64,000 nucleotides of DNA, taken from positions 416,001 to 480,000 of the forward strand of contig CAVVTZ010000009.1 in assembly GCA_963751275.1 (NCBI GenBank), read 5' to 3'. The translations under genes were made by a program, and so were the position numbers. The notes below the pieces were generated by a model, which was not told the DNA's origin, ran no database searches, and saw only the letters and a program-made list of their open reading frames with translations. Origin of the DNA: an uncultured Gemmatimonadaceae bacterium (GTDB taxonomy: Bacteria; Gemmatimonadota; Gemmatimonadetes; Gemmatimonadales; Gemmatimonadaceae). Numbering within the stretch: the stretch's first letter is position 1; every line of letters begins with the position of its first letter. This document shows positions 52,341 through 63,518 of this stretch, piece after piece.

Positions 52341-52897
52341 TACAGCTCCTCGTCGCGGTGGTGATGCTCCGCGGCTTCGCCCGCGACGATCTTGCGCGTC
52401 ATCGCGCGGTCCTCGCCGTGCCCCTTGCGGTACTTCGCGATCGCCGCGCGCTTCTTCAGGAGGCTCAGATAGTCGATGAAGAGTTTCCCGTGCAGGTGGT
52501 CGATCTCGTGCTGCAGGCAGCGCGCGAGCAGATCGGTGGCGATGATCTGGATCGTCTCGCCGTTCACGCCCATCGCGTGCACATCCACGCGGGTCGCCCG
52601 TTCCACATCGCCGTACACATCGGGAATGGAGAGGCAGCCCTCTTCGCCCATCTCCGCGCCCTCGGCGAGCGTGATCTCGGGATTGAAGAGCACGAACTTC
52701 GCGCCGTCCACGTCCACCACGCACAGCCGCTCCGTGCGCCCGACCTGTGGCGCGGCGAGCCCGATCCCCTTCGCGGCGTACATCGTCTCGAACATGTCGT
52801 CGGCGAGACGACGCAGTTCGTCGGTGACGGCGGCCACCGGCCGCGTCACCTCGCGCAGGATCGGCGCGTCGAGCAGGTGAATGTCGAGCAGGCTCAC
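52340..52897 (-). CDS. def: Peptide deformylase
   Basis: GIGLAAPQVG, EGCLS, QHEIDHL. Confidence 0.97.
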   Translation of the reverse strand: MSLLDIHLLDAPILREVTRPVAAVTDELRRLADDMFETMYAAKGIGLAAPQVGRTERLCVVDVDGAKFVLFNPEITLAEGAEMGEEGCLSIPDVYGDVERATRVDVHAMGVNGETIQIIATDLLARCLQHEIDHLHGKLFIDYLSLLKKRAAIAKYRKGHGEDRAMTRKIVAGEAAEHHHRDEEL

Positions 52898-53262
52898 GCG
52901 CTTTGTGCGGCCTCGGCGGTCTTCGGCGTCACCTTCGCGATCTTGCCGCGCTCCACCACGAGCTTGGCCTCGCCGGAACGGATCGTGATGAGGTCGTCGA
53001 GCGTCGGCACCGCCGTGCCATCGGTGACCTTCTGCTGCAGGTGGATGACGTGCGCGACGATCCCGCCCGAGGTGACGATCTCATCCCCCTTCTTGAGCGC
53101 GAGCAGCATCGCTTCCTGCTGCTTCCGCTGCTTCTGCTGGGGGCGGATGATGATGAAGTAGAAGATGGCGACCATGGCGCCGATCTGGAACACGAACGGC
53201 AGCATGCTGGAGGCGCCGCCGGGTGCGGACTGCATGATCGCGAGGGCGAAAGAGAAGGTCAT
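52894..53262 (-). CDS. yajC: Preprotein translocase subunit YajC
   Basis: IFYFIIIRPQQKQRK..LKKGDEIVTSGG. Confidence 0.93.
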   Translation of the reverse strand: MTFSFALAIMQSAPGGASSMLPFVFQIGAMVAIFYFIIIRPQQKQRKQQEAMLLALKKGDEIVTSGGIVAHVIHLQQKVTDGTAVPTLDDLITIRSGEAKLVVERGKIAKVTPKTAEAAQSA

Positions 53263-53264
53263 CG

Positions 53265-54428
<1,164 letters not shown>

Positions 54429-54483
54429 CTACTCGCGACCGAGGCACTCGCGAACTGCGAGGCTGGCACCCCGGACCCCGTCA

Positions 54484-54599
54484 TTGGTCCCCCGAACTCC
54501 GTTCTTAGCAACTGAGGGGTGGTCACGGCTCGGGCGTTCCTAGCGACGCCCGAGCCGTGACCACCCCTCAGTTGCTAAGAACGGAGTTCGGGGGACCAA
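54484..54599. repeat. 116-bp palindromic element, copy B
   Basis: 58-bp arms around CTAG with only 2 mismatches near the centre; inverted relative to copy A; between queA and tgt. Confidence 0.92.
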
Positions 54600-54634
54600 A
54601 TACGGAGTGTGGGTTGCGAGTCCCGCCGTCGAAG

Positions 54635-55684
54635 TTAGACGATCGCCATAGCGTCGCCGTACGAGTAGAACCGATAACCCTCGCTCAGCGCGGTGTCATA
54701 TGCCTGCATCGTGAGATCATAGCCGGCGAGCGCCGCGACGAGCATCAGCAGAGTAGAGCGGGGGAGATGGAAGTTCGTAAGCAGTTTGTCGACCACCCGG
54801 AATTCGTATCCGGGTCTGATGAACAGTCGAGTGTCTCCCGCCCCTGGCACGATGATCCGCCCCTCTGTCGCCGCGCTTTCCAGCACGCGCGCACTCGTCG
54901 TTCCGACCGCCCACACACTCCCGCCTGCCGCCCTCACCTCCGCGATCGTGCGCGCCGCGCGCTCGCTCACTTCGTACGGCTCCTCGTGCATCACGTGCTG
55001 CGCGGGATCCTCCACCTCCACCGGCTTGAACGTCCCCGCGCCCACGTGCAGCAGCACCTCCACGCGCCGCGCACCGCGCGCGTTCAGCCGCGCGAGCAGC
55101 TCCGGTGTGAAGTGCAGCCCCGCGGTGGGCGCCGCCACCGAGCCCCGCTCGCGTGCGTACACGGTCTGGTACCGCTCCGCATCCTCCGCGCTGTCGGGGC
55201 GCTCGATGTACGGCGGCAGCGGGATGTGCCCATGGCGCTCGATCGCCGCCTCCGCACCCTCTGCCGCATGCAGCCGCACGATGCGCGTGCGACGCTCAGT
55301 CAGCTCCAGGATCTCCACGTCGAATCCCGGCGCGATGTGCAGCCGCCGGCCCGGACGCAGCTTCCCGCCCGGCTGCACCATCGCCTCCCACCGGTCCGCA
55401 TCCAGCGCGCGCAGCAGCAGCACCTCGCCCGGCGCGCCCGAGTCGCGCGTCCCCAGCAGCCGCGCGCGCATCACGCGCGTGGTGTTCACGACGAGCGCAT
55501 CGCCGGGGGCGATCAATGCCTCGATGTCGCCGAACGCGCGGTGCGCGATCGTTCCGCTTGTCCGGTCGAGCACCATGAGCCGGCTCGCATCGCGGCGCGC
55601 CGCGGGCGCCTGCGCGATGCGGCCGGCCGGCAGTTCGAAATCGTAGTCCGCGCTGCGGAGCCCGCGCGCGTCGGCCGCGCTCAC
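54635..55684 (-). CDS. queA: S-adenosylmethionine:tRNA ribosyltransferase-isomerase
   Basis: PLPPYI, YQTVYA..GSVAAPTAGLHFT, LHVGAGTF, TNFHLP.STL, YRFYSYGDAM. Confidence 0.97.
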   Translation of the reverse strand: MSAADARGLRSADYDFELPAGRIAQAPAARRDASRLMVLDRTSGTIAHRAFGDIEALIAPGDALVVNTTRVMRARLLGTRDSGAPGEVLLLRALDADRWEAMVQPGGKLRPGRRLHIAPGFDVEILELTERRTRIVRLHAAEGAEAAIERHGHIPLPPYIERPDSAEDAERYQTVYARERGSVAAPTAGLHFTPELLARLNARGARRVEVLLHVGAGTFKPVEVEDPAQHVMHEEPYEVSERAARTIAEVRAAGGSVWAVGTTSARVLESAATEGRIIVPGAGDTRLFIRPGYEFRVVDKLLTNFHLPRSTLLMLVAALAGYDLTMQAYDTALSEGYRFYSYGDAMAIV

Positions 55685-57888
55685 TCGACGACGGTGAGCG
55701 ACGACGTCCGCCGGGTGGTGGCGTTGGACACGAGATCGGTCACGTCCACGGTCACGGTGTAGCGGCCCGCCGGCGCGTCGCCCAGCTCGAGCGACACGTA
55801 GTCCACGTTCACGTCGCTCGCCGGCGTCTCACGCGGGAAGGTGAGCGACACCTTGTCCTCGCCGCTCGCCGAGAGGCCCACGGCGCTGGCCACGCCGCCC
55901 ACGATCTTCGCAACGAAGCTGCCGAACCCGCCCGCCCGGACGCGCTGCACGGTCACGGTCACGCTGTACCGGTCGTTGCCCTGCTGCGGCGTCAGGCCGT
56001 AGCTCTCCCAGAGCAGCGCGAAGGAATGGCCTTTCTTCACGAAGCCCAGGTTCGGCGCGATCAGGAAGTCCGACCACCGGGCCGCGCCCACCTTGCGCGG
56101 CGTCACCTGCTCGGCCACCAGCAGATCGCTCATGCCGAACCCCGATTCGCCCACCACCTCGATGCGGCTCGCCGCGCGCGCGCCGCGCCGCGCGTCGGGC
56201 TGCAGCGCTTCCACGCGGTACAGGAACGACCCGGCGTGCAGACGCGTGCGCCAGGCGCGCACCTCCACCGGTTCCACCTTGGCGAAGTCGATGCTCTCGT
56301 GCACATGGCGCACGAACACCGGCTTGCCGCGCCACGTGTACGCGCTGATCGACACGTCCAGCGCACCGCGCGCGAGATCGACGTCCTCGATCATGTGCGC
56401 CACCGGCAGCGCCGCCGCCACGAACACGTCGCCCGAATCGGGCCCGGCGCGGAACCGCACGAGCTGCACGGCGATCGAGTCCACCATGTTGCGCTCCCCC
56501 GCGTTCGTGAACACGACGGGGATCGTGTCGCGCAGACGCTCCAGTTCCCGTTGGTCCTCGGGCTCGAGGCGCGCGATGCCGTACGTCGGCAGCTGGCGGA
56601 AGAGGAACGCCTCATCCGCCGTGTACCACCAGAGCAGATGGAGCTGCGACTCTCCCTGGCGCGAGGGATCCGGCGGGAAGGAGATCACCGCGGGCGGCGG
56701 ACCGTATCGCACATACACCTCGCCCTCGTCGGTGTCCGCGCCGTGCACGTTGAACTCCTCCACCGAGAAGCGCAGCTCCGCGTATACCACGCGGCTTAGG
56801 AACTCGAGATGGCTCTCGTTGTCGGGCGTCGCCCAGAGCGGGTCCACCATCAGCCAGTACATCTCGGCGTCCGCCGCCTGGTCCGTCTTCGGGAGGCGCG
56901 ACTGGATCGCGGAGTCCTTGGGCGTGATGATCCGCGCGATCCGGTCGAAGCGCGCGTGCATCTCCGGCGTCATGTACTTGAGCGCCGAATCGAACGCGTC
57001 CGCGGCGCCGGGTGCGTCGTGCAGCCGGTGTGCGCTCATGCCGGCCGCCATCCAGCCCCACGGGTCCGCCGGATACTGGAGCAGCCGCAGCCGCGCGTTG
57101 TGCTGCACCTCCTGCCACCGTTTGCGATCCGCGAGCAGCATGAGCTCGTGCCGGAACGCGCGGCCATTGTGCGAGTCGTTCGCGAGCGCGGTCGCGAAGT
57201 ACTGCGCCGCGGTCAGGTACTCGACCTGTCCCGACCAGTCCTGCGCCGAGGCGCGGATCTCCTGATTGTCCACGAAGTAGGCGATGGACCGCGGATCCCG
57301 GAGGAAGTTGCGGTCCTTCACGTTCTTGATGATCGCGGTGTAGATCGTCCGGTCGGCCTGGTCCACGTACTTCCGCCACCAGACCAGTCCGACCTCATCC
57401 GCCGAGAAGGAGATCGCGAGGGAATCGCCCTTCTTGGTGGCGATCGTGAGCGCCTTTTCGAAGAGAGAGCGCGCGCGTCCGCGCACATTGGCCGAGTTCG
57501 AGGTGAGATCGAAGCGGCCGAGGTCCACGAGGTAGCGCGGCACATCCGGCGCGAGCGCGACCGCCTCGGTGAGCGAGGCTTCGGCGATCTCGAGCAGCGT
57601 GTCGTTCGCGACGCGCTTCATGTAGCCGATCCGGTCCTCGGCGTGCGCCATGTGCCACGCGAGGACGCCGCGCGCGTTCCACGCGGCGGCGTCCTGCTTG
57701 CTCTCGAGGACGGCGAGGTCGAGCGCCTTGCGCGCGCCCGTGCTGTCGCCCGCGCCGAGCAGCGAGTCCGCGCGCAACACCTGGTCCTGCTTCCCCTGTG
57801 CCGCGGCCGGCATCGGCGCGAACACAGTGATGGCGAGCATCGCGGCGCCGGTCCTGGCCGCCGCGGAGAAGCAGGGGATTGTGCCCAT
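55681..57888 (-). CDS. Exported TPR-like + GWxTD-domain protein
   Basis: Signal peptide, helical repeats, W..DP...T.DNE..LEF..RV.YA..RF...GADTDEGEVYVRYGPP, C-terminal beta-sandwiches. Confidence 0.78.
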   Translation of the reverse strand: MGTIPCFSAAARTGAAMLAITVFAPMPAAAQGKQDQVLRADSLLGAGDSTGARKALDLAVLESKQDAAAWNARGVLAWHMAHAEDRIGYMKRVANDTLLEIAEASLTEAVALAPDVPRYLVDLGRFDLTSNSANVRGRARSLFEKALTIATKKGDSLAISFSADEVGLVWWRKYVDQADRTIYTAIIKNVKDRNFLRDPRSIAYFVDNQEIRASAQDWSGQVEYLTAAQYFATALANDSHNGRAFRHELMLLADRKRWQEVQHNARLRLLQYPADPWGWMAAGMSAHRLHDAPGAADAFDSALKYMTPEMHARFDRIARIITPKDSAIQSRLPKTDQAADAEMYWLMVDPLWATPDNESHLEFLSRVVYAELRFSVEEFNVHGADTDEGEVYVRYGPPPAVISFPPDPSRQGESQLHLLWWYTADEAFLFRQLPTYGIARLEPEDQRELERLRDTIPVVFTNAGERNMVDSIAVQLVRFRAGPDSGDVFVAAALPVAHMIEDVDLARGALDVSISAYTWRGKPVFVRHVHESIDFAKVEPVEVRAWRTRLHAGSFLYRVEALQPDARRGARAASRIEVVGESGFGMSDLLVAEQVTPRKVGAARWSDFLIAPNLGFVKKGHSFALLWESYGLTPQQGNDRYSVTVTVQRVRAGGFGSFVAKIVGGVASAVGLSASGEDKVSLTFPRETPASDVNVDYVSLELGDAPAGRYTVTVDVTDLVSNATTRRTSSLTVVE

Positions 57889-57948
57889 GTCGTATCAATT
57901 GCCCTACGGGACGCGCACTGTCAAGCGAACGTGGACGTACTCAGAACG

Positions 57949-58980
57949 CTATAAGAGGCGCGTTTGTTCCGGGTCGCCGGGGCGTGGAACTTCGTAGCCG
58001 AAGTGACGGTAAGCCTGGGGCGTCGCCATGCGCCCGCGCGGGGTGCGCTGCAGGAATCCATTCTGCACGAGGAAGGGCTCATACACCTCCTCGATCGTGT
58101 TCGCGTCCTCGCCCACCGCCGCGGCGATCGTGTTGATCCCCACCGGCCCGCCGTCGAACTTCTCGATCAGGAGACGCAGGACGCGCGCGTCCATGTCGTC
58201 GAGCCCGAACTCATCGACTTCGAGCATCTCGAGGGCGGCCTGCGCCACGGCGTGCGTGATCCGGCCGTCGGACTTCACCTGGGCGTAGTCGCGCACGCGG
58301 CGCAGCAGCCGGTTCGCCACCCGCGGCGTGCCGCGCGCGCGCCGCGCCAGTTCCAGCGTGCCGCCCTTCTCGACCTCGACGCCGATCACGTCGGCCGACC
58401 GCGAGACGATCTGCTCGAGATCCTCAACGGGGTAGTAGTTGAGCCGCTGCACGATCCCGAAGCGCGCGCGCATCGGCGGCGTGAGCTGGCCGAATCGCGT
58501 CGTGGCGCCGATGAGCGTGAACTTCTCGATCGGCATCGTCACCGTCTGCGCCTTGGGCCCATCGGAGAGGCGGATGTCGATCCTGTAATCCTCCATCGCG
58601 GGATAGAGGAACTCCTCGATGATCGGACGCAGGCGGTGGATCTCGTCGATGAAGAGGATGTCCCCTTCGCGGAGGTTCGTGAGCGTGCTCACGAGATCGC
58701 CGGGCTTCTCGAGCGCGGGCCCCGACGTCGCGCGGATGTTCACCCCCATCTCGCGCGCGATGAGTTCCGCGAGCGTCGTCTTGCCGAGTCCGGGCGGACC
58801 GTAGAAGAGCACGTGGTCCAGCGGCTCTTTCCGCGCTTTCGCCGCGTCGATATAGATCCGCAGCGCGTCCTTCACCTTCCCCTGTCCGATGAACTCCGCG
58901 AGCCGCTGCGGCCGCAGCGACAGCTCCACGACGGTCTCCTCGGGGATCGCCTCGGGGGTCGTTATCTCGGCGCGGGTCAT
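57949..58980 (-). CDS. ruvB: Holliday junction branch migration helicase RuvB
   Basis: [39 protein letters not shown]. Confidence 0.97.
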   Translation of the reverse strand: MTRAEITTPEAIPEETVVELSLRPQRLAEFIGQGKVKDALRIYIDAAKARKEPLDHVLFYGPPGLGKTTLAELIAREMGVNIRATSGPALEKPGDLVSTLTNLREGDILFIDEIHRLRPIIEEFLYPAMEDYRIDIRLSDGPKAQTVTMPIEKFTLIGATTRFGQLTPPMRARFGIVQRLNYYPVEDLEQIVSRSADVIGVEVEKGGTLELARRARGTPRVANRLLRRVRDYAQVKSDGRITHAVAQAALEMLEVDEFGLDDMDARVLRLLIEKFDGGPVGINTIAAAVGEDANTIEEVYEPFLVQNGFLQRTPRGRMATPQAYRHFGYEVPRPGDPEQTRLL

Positions 58981-58993
58981 GCGCAAAGGCTCG

Positions 58994-59094
58994 AGAAAGG
59001 GAAACGGGAAACGGGAAACGAGCCCGGAGTCACGGATCGCGGCGCATTTCTACTCACCACACGCTCCCGTATTCCGTTTCCCGTTTCCCATTCT
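58994..59094. repeat. Inverted heptamer tandem repeats
   Basis: (GGGAAAC)x3 at 58999-59019 facing (GTTTCCC)-type repeats at about 59065-59090. Confidence 0.7.
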
Positions 59095-59109
59095 GGTTGC
59101 CGTTGCAGT

Positions 59110-60264
59110 CTAGACGTGCTGCCGCACGTTCGCCAGCCGCTCCGCCGCTTTCTCGAGCGTCGCGAGCTGCTTACAGAACGCGAACCGCACAATGGTCTTC
59201 CCGCCGCCAGCGTGATAGAAACTCGAACCGGGAACGGTCGCCACCCCGATCTCCTTCGTCATCCAGTGCGCGAACTTCGTGTCATCCAGATCGCTCATCG
59301 CCGAGAAGTCGGCCATGATGTAGTACGCGCCTTCGGGCACGCTGAAGGCGAAGCCGGCCTCGGTGAGCCCCCTCACCATCACGTCGCGCCGCGTGCGGTA
59401 CTCGAGCCCCATCTGGTTGTAGTACTCGGCGTCGAACGCCATCCCCACCGCCGCCGCCTGCTGCAGCGGCGCGGGCGCCCCCACCGTCAGGAAGTCGTGC
59501 ACCTTCCGGATGGCCACGCTCTCCTTGGCCGGCGCGATCGCGTAGCCGAGGCGCCAGCCCGTGCACGCGAACGTCTTCGAGTGGCCGGAGATCGTCACCG
59601 TGCGCTCCGCCATCCCGGGCCACGTCGCCAGCACGTGATGCTCGCCCGCATAGCGAATGTGCTCATAGATCTCGTCGGTGAACGCCCACAGGTCGTGCTC
59701 GATGCACAGCGCCGCGATCGCATCCATCTCGGCGCGCGTGAACACGCGTCCCGTCGGATTGTGCGGCGTGTTGACGACGATGGCCTTGGTCTTCTTCGTC
59801 ACCGCCTTGCGCAGCCGGTCGAGGTCGAGCGTCCAGTTCGGCGGCTCGAGCGGCACGAACACCGGCTTCGCTTCGGCCAGGATCGCGTCGGGGCCGTAGT
59901 TCTCGTACCACGGCTCGAAGATGATCACCTCATCGCCGGGGTCGATCATCGCGAGGAATACGGCCGCCATCGCCTCGGTGGCACCGCACGTCACCGTCAC
60001 ATGCCTGTCGGGATCCACCGGCATGTTGTACCAGCGGCGGTACTTCTCGGCGATCGCGAGTCGCAGCGGCGCCGCGCCCCACGTCACGGCGTATTGGTTG
60101 ATGTCCCCCTGGATCGCGGCGCACGCGGCGTCCTTCATCGCCTGCGGCATTGGGAAATCGGGGAACCCCTGCGCGAGGTTGAGCGCGCCATGCTCGGTGG
60201 CGACCCGCGTCATCTCGCGGATCACGCTCTCGGTGAATGTGTGCGTGCGGCGGGCAGTGCTCAC
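59110..60264 (-). CDS. Class I/II PLP-dependent aminotransferase
   Basis: NLAQGFPDF, NTPHNPTG, DEIYE, SGHSKTFACTGWRLG, VRFAFCK. Confidence 0.93.
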   Translation of the reverse strand: MSTARRTHTFTESVIREMTRVATEHGALNLAQGFPDFPMPQAMKDAACAAIQGDINQYAVTWGAAPLRLAIAEKYRRWYNMPVDPDRHVTVTCGATEAMAAVFLAMIDPGDEVIIFEPWYENYGPDAILAEAKPVFVPLEPPNWTLDLDRLRKAVTKKTKAIVVNTPHNPTGRVFTRAEMDAIAALCIEHDLWAFTDEIYEHIRYAGEHHVLATWPGMAERTVTISGHSKTFACTGWRLGYAIAPAKESVAIRKVHDFLTVGAPAPLQQAAAVGMAFDAEYYNQMGLEYRTRRDVMVRGLTEAGFAFSVPEGAYYIMADFSAMSDLDDTKFAHWMTKEIGVATVPGSSFYHAGGGKTIVRFAFCKQLATLEKAAERLANVRQHV

Positions 60265-60869
60265 TTGCGACCTCCCACTCGGGTGAGTGCGGCGCGGATC
60301 AATTCGGTGGCCGACGACGGGCGGCCATTCGCGTCCAGCGCGGCGCGCACGGCCTTCTCGGCGTCTGCTGCATTGTAGCCCAATGACACCAGCGCGCGCA
60401 CGGCATCTTCGGCGTTCGCCCCCTCGGCGCGCGGCGCGCCGGGTTCGCGCGCGGTGGGGCTCAGGTCATCCAGTTTGTCGCCGAGCTCCAGCATGATGCG
60501 CTCCGCCATCTTCTGCCCGACGCGCGGCACGCCCTGCAGCGTGGCGCGGTCCTTTTCGCGGATCGCGCGCACCACGCGCTCCGCGCTGAGCGCCGAGAGC
60601 ATCCCGAGCGCGAGCGCGGGGCCCACGCCGCTCGCGCCGATCAGCTTCTGGAACACCTTCTTCTCGAACGCGGTGGCGAAGCCCACGAGGAGCAGCGCGT
60701 CGTCCCGCACCACGAGATGCGTGTGGAGCTGCACTGGCTCGCCCACCTTCGGCAGCGTCTCATACACGCCGAGGGGGATGAGCAGTTCGTAGGCGACGCC
60801 GCCGCCGGTGAGGATCTCCACGCGGTCCAGTTCTTTCGAAGCGAGCGTACCCTTGAGCTGGGAGATCAT
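60261..60869 (-). CDS. ruvA: Holliday junction branch migration protein RuvA
   Basis: MISQLKG, GGVAYE, SGVGP, VPRVGQKMAER, ALVSLGY. Confidence 0.95.
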   Translation of the reverse strand: MISQLKGTLASKELDRVEILTGGGVAYELLIPLGVYETLPKVGEPVQLHTHLVVRDDALLLVGFATAFEKKVFQKLIGASGVGPALALGMLSALSAERVVRAIREKDRATLQGVPRVGQKMAERIMLELGDKLDDLSPTAREPGAPRAEGANAEDAVRALVSLGYNAADAEKAVRAALDANGRPSSATELIRAALTRVGGRK

Positions 60870-61390
60870 GCGCGGCGCGCGCGCGGCGCGGGGCGGCTCT
60901 CCGCCACGATGCGCGGCAGGTGCGCGCCCATGAGATGCGCGAGCGCGGCCGCCACGCCATCGGATGCATCGACGGGCTCCGGCGCGCGCGTGAGGCGCAG
61001 CAGCTGCGTCACCATGAATTGCACCTGCACCTTCGTGGCGCCGCCATTGCCGCACACCGACTTCTTCACCGCCGCCGGCGCGTACTCGTGCACCGGGATC
61101 CCGGCCTGCTCGGCCGCGAGCAGCGCGACGCCGCGCGCGTGGCCGAGCACCACCGTCGTGCGCACGTTCTTCGCGTAGAATACGTCTTCGATGGCGAGCG
61201 CGTGCGGATGGTGCCGCGCGATGAGTTCAGTGATCGCTTCGTGGATGCCGAGCAGGCGGGCGGGCAGGGGATCGCGCGCCGGCGTGCGGATCACGCCGCA
61301 CTCGATGAGACGCGGGGCGCCATGCGGCTCGCCCGCTACGACGCCGTAGCCGGTGATCGCGGTGCCGGGGTCGATCCCGAGCACGATCAC
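60866..61390 (-). CDS. ruvC: Crossover junction endodeoxyribonuclease RuvC
   Basis: LGIDPG..TGYG, IEDVF, LGHARG, VKKSV.G.G.A.K, DASD. Confidence 0.96.
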   Translation of the reverse strand: MIVLGIDPGTAITGYGVVAGEPHGAPRLIECGVIRTPARDPLPARLLGIHEAITELIARHHPHALAIEDVFYAKNVRTTVVLGHARGVALLAAEQAGIPVHEYAPAAVKKSVCGNGGATKVQVQFMVTQLLRLTRAPEPVDASDGVAAALAHLMGAHLPRIVAESRPAPRARRA

Positions 61391-61400
61391 GGGTGGCGGC

Positions 61401-62144
61401 TCACGCCTTGGCCATCTCAGCCAAGTCGATGTCGAAGTTCGATTCCACTTTCTGCACGTCGTCCAAGTCTTCGAGTTCTTCCATCAGCTTGAGCACGGCC
61501 TCGGCGTTCTTGCCTTCGACCCTCACCGTGTTCTTGGGGATCATCGTGATCTCGGCTTCCTGGATCGCGATCTTCTTCGCCTCGAGCGCCGTGCGCACCG
61601 CGTGCACTGCCGTAGGATCCGTCGTGATCACGTGCTGTCCGTCGGCGGTGACGACATCCTCGGCGCCCCCCTCGAGCGCGGCTTCCATCACGACGTCCTC
61701 CGGATACTTCGACGCGTCCACGTAGATCTGCCCTTTGCGGTCGAACATCCACGCCACCGAGTTCGTCGCGCCGAAATTGCCGCCGAAGTGCGTGAGCGCG
61801 AAGCGGACCTCGGCCACCGTGCGCGTGGGGTTGTCCGTGAGCGCGTGCACGAGCAGCGCGACGCCGCCGGGACCGTAGCCCTCGTACATCACCTCGACGT
61901 ATTCGACGCCCTCGAGCTCGCCGGTGCCCTTCTTCACCGCGCGCTCGATGTTCTCCTTGGGCATCGAAGACGCCTTCGCGGCCTCGATCGCCACGCGCAG
62001 CCGCGGATTGCCCGACGGATCACCGCCGCCGGCCTTCGCCGCGACGGTGATCTCGCGGATGAGCTTCGTGAACATGGCGCCACGTTTCTTGTCCGTGGCG
62101 GCCTTGTAGTGTTTGATCTGCTTCCATTTGCTGTGACCGGCCAT
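61401..62144 (-). CDS. yebC: YebC/PmpR family protein
   Basis: MAGHSKW, NPRLR, YEGYGPGG, TDNPTRT, DLDDVQ. Confidence 0.96.
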   Translation of the reverse strand: MAGHSKWKQIKHYKAATDKKRGAMFTKLIREITVAAKAGGGDPSGNPRLRVAIEAAKASSMPKENIERAVKKGTGELEGVEYVEVMYEGYGPGGVALLVHALTDNPTRTVAEVRFALTHFGGNFGATNSVAWMFDRKGQIYVDASKYPEDVVMEAALEGGAEDVVTADGQHVITTDPTAVHAVRTALEAKKIAIQEAEITMIPKNTVRVEGKNAEAVLKLMEELEDLDDVQKVESNFDIDLAEMAKA

Positions 62145-62317
62145 GCGACGGCTCCGAGCGGTGCGAGTGACTCTTGCTGACGCTACAAGGATAAAGCGCG
62201 CGAGGCGCGGGGAGAAGATGACACCGCGCCGCCGCGTCGCTTGCCCCCGCTTGGCGCGCGCCGTATCGTCTCCCGCTGCGATCGATCACAACGTCGAGAG
62301 AACCGGGAGGCCGTTCC

Positions 62318-63518
62318 GTGCTGCAGTCCCACGCGATGATGAAATGGAGCGAGCGAGTCAGCGCCGCAGTGATGCTCGTTGCGGCGCTCGCCGCGTGCTC
62401 GGCCGGCGACCGGCTGCCGGCTCCGCCGGCCGAGTTGCAGGACCAGGCTGATGTGGTCGGCATGCCGGGCGTGCGAGCGTCGGGCAGCACCGCCGTGCTC
62501 GAGCAGGATTTCCTGGACGGCATCCAGCGCGAGCAATGCGCTGAAGGCGGCCGGTCACACGGGCCCGCTCCCGACGGCCAATTTCCTTGCATTGTCGGGA
62601 GGCGGCGACAAAGGCGCCTTCGGCGCCGGGATCCTCGTGGGGTGGACCAAGGCCGGCACCCGCCCCGAATTCAAACTGGTCACCGGCGTCAGCACCGGCG
62701 CGCTCATCGCGCCGTTCGCCTTCCTGGGGCCGAAGTATGACTCCCAGCTGACGGCCGTCTTCACGAACGTCTCGAGCAAGGACATCCTGAACAAGCGCAC
62801 GCCGCTCGCGGCGATCATGGACGATGCCATGGCGGACAACGCACCACTGTGGGCGCTGACGGAGAAGTACGTGAACGATGCGATGCTCAAGGACATCGCG
62901 GCGGAGTACCAGAAGGGCCGGTTCCTGCTCATTGGCACGGCCGACCTCGACAACATGCGCCCGGTGGTCTGGAACATCGGGAAGATCGCGGCCAGCGGGA
63001 ACCCCAACGCCCTGCATCTCATCCAGAGCATCATGATCGCCTCGGCGGCCATCCCCGGCGCGTTCCCGCCCGTGCTCATCAATGTCGAAGCCGGCGGCAA
63101 GCACTACCAGGAGATGCACGTGGACGGCGGCACGGTCGCGCAGGTGTTCGTGTACCCGGTATCGATCAAGCTCAACCAGGCGGCTAAGGCGGCCGGTGTC
63201 GAGCGCGAACGGCGGATGTACATCATTCGCAACGCGCGGCTCGACCCCGACTGGGCTCAGGTGGAGCGGAAGTTGTATACGATCGCGGGCCGGTCGATCG
63301 CATCGCTCATCCAGATGCAGGGCCGCGGCGATCTCTTCCGCATCCACAGCGTCGCGCTGCGTGATGGCGTGGACTTCAACCTCGCCTACATTCCGGCGAC
63401 GTTCGACGCCCCGCACCCGGACGATTTCGACACGGGCTTCATGCGGGCGCTCTACAAATACGGCTACGACCAGGCGGTGGCCGGCTATCCGTGGGCCAAG
63501 GCGCCGCCGGGCTACTGA
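62318..63518 (+). CDS. Patatin-like phospholipase lipoprotein (frameshift near 62535)
   Basis: GGGAGG SD, lipobox LAAC, SGGGDKGAFGAG, GVSTG, HVDGG. Confidence 0.88.
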
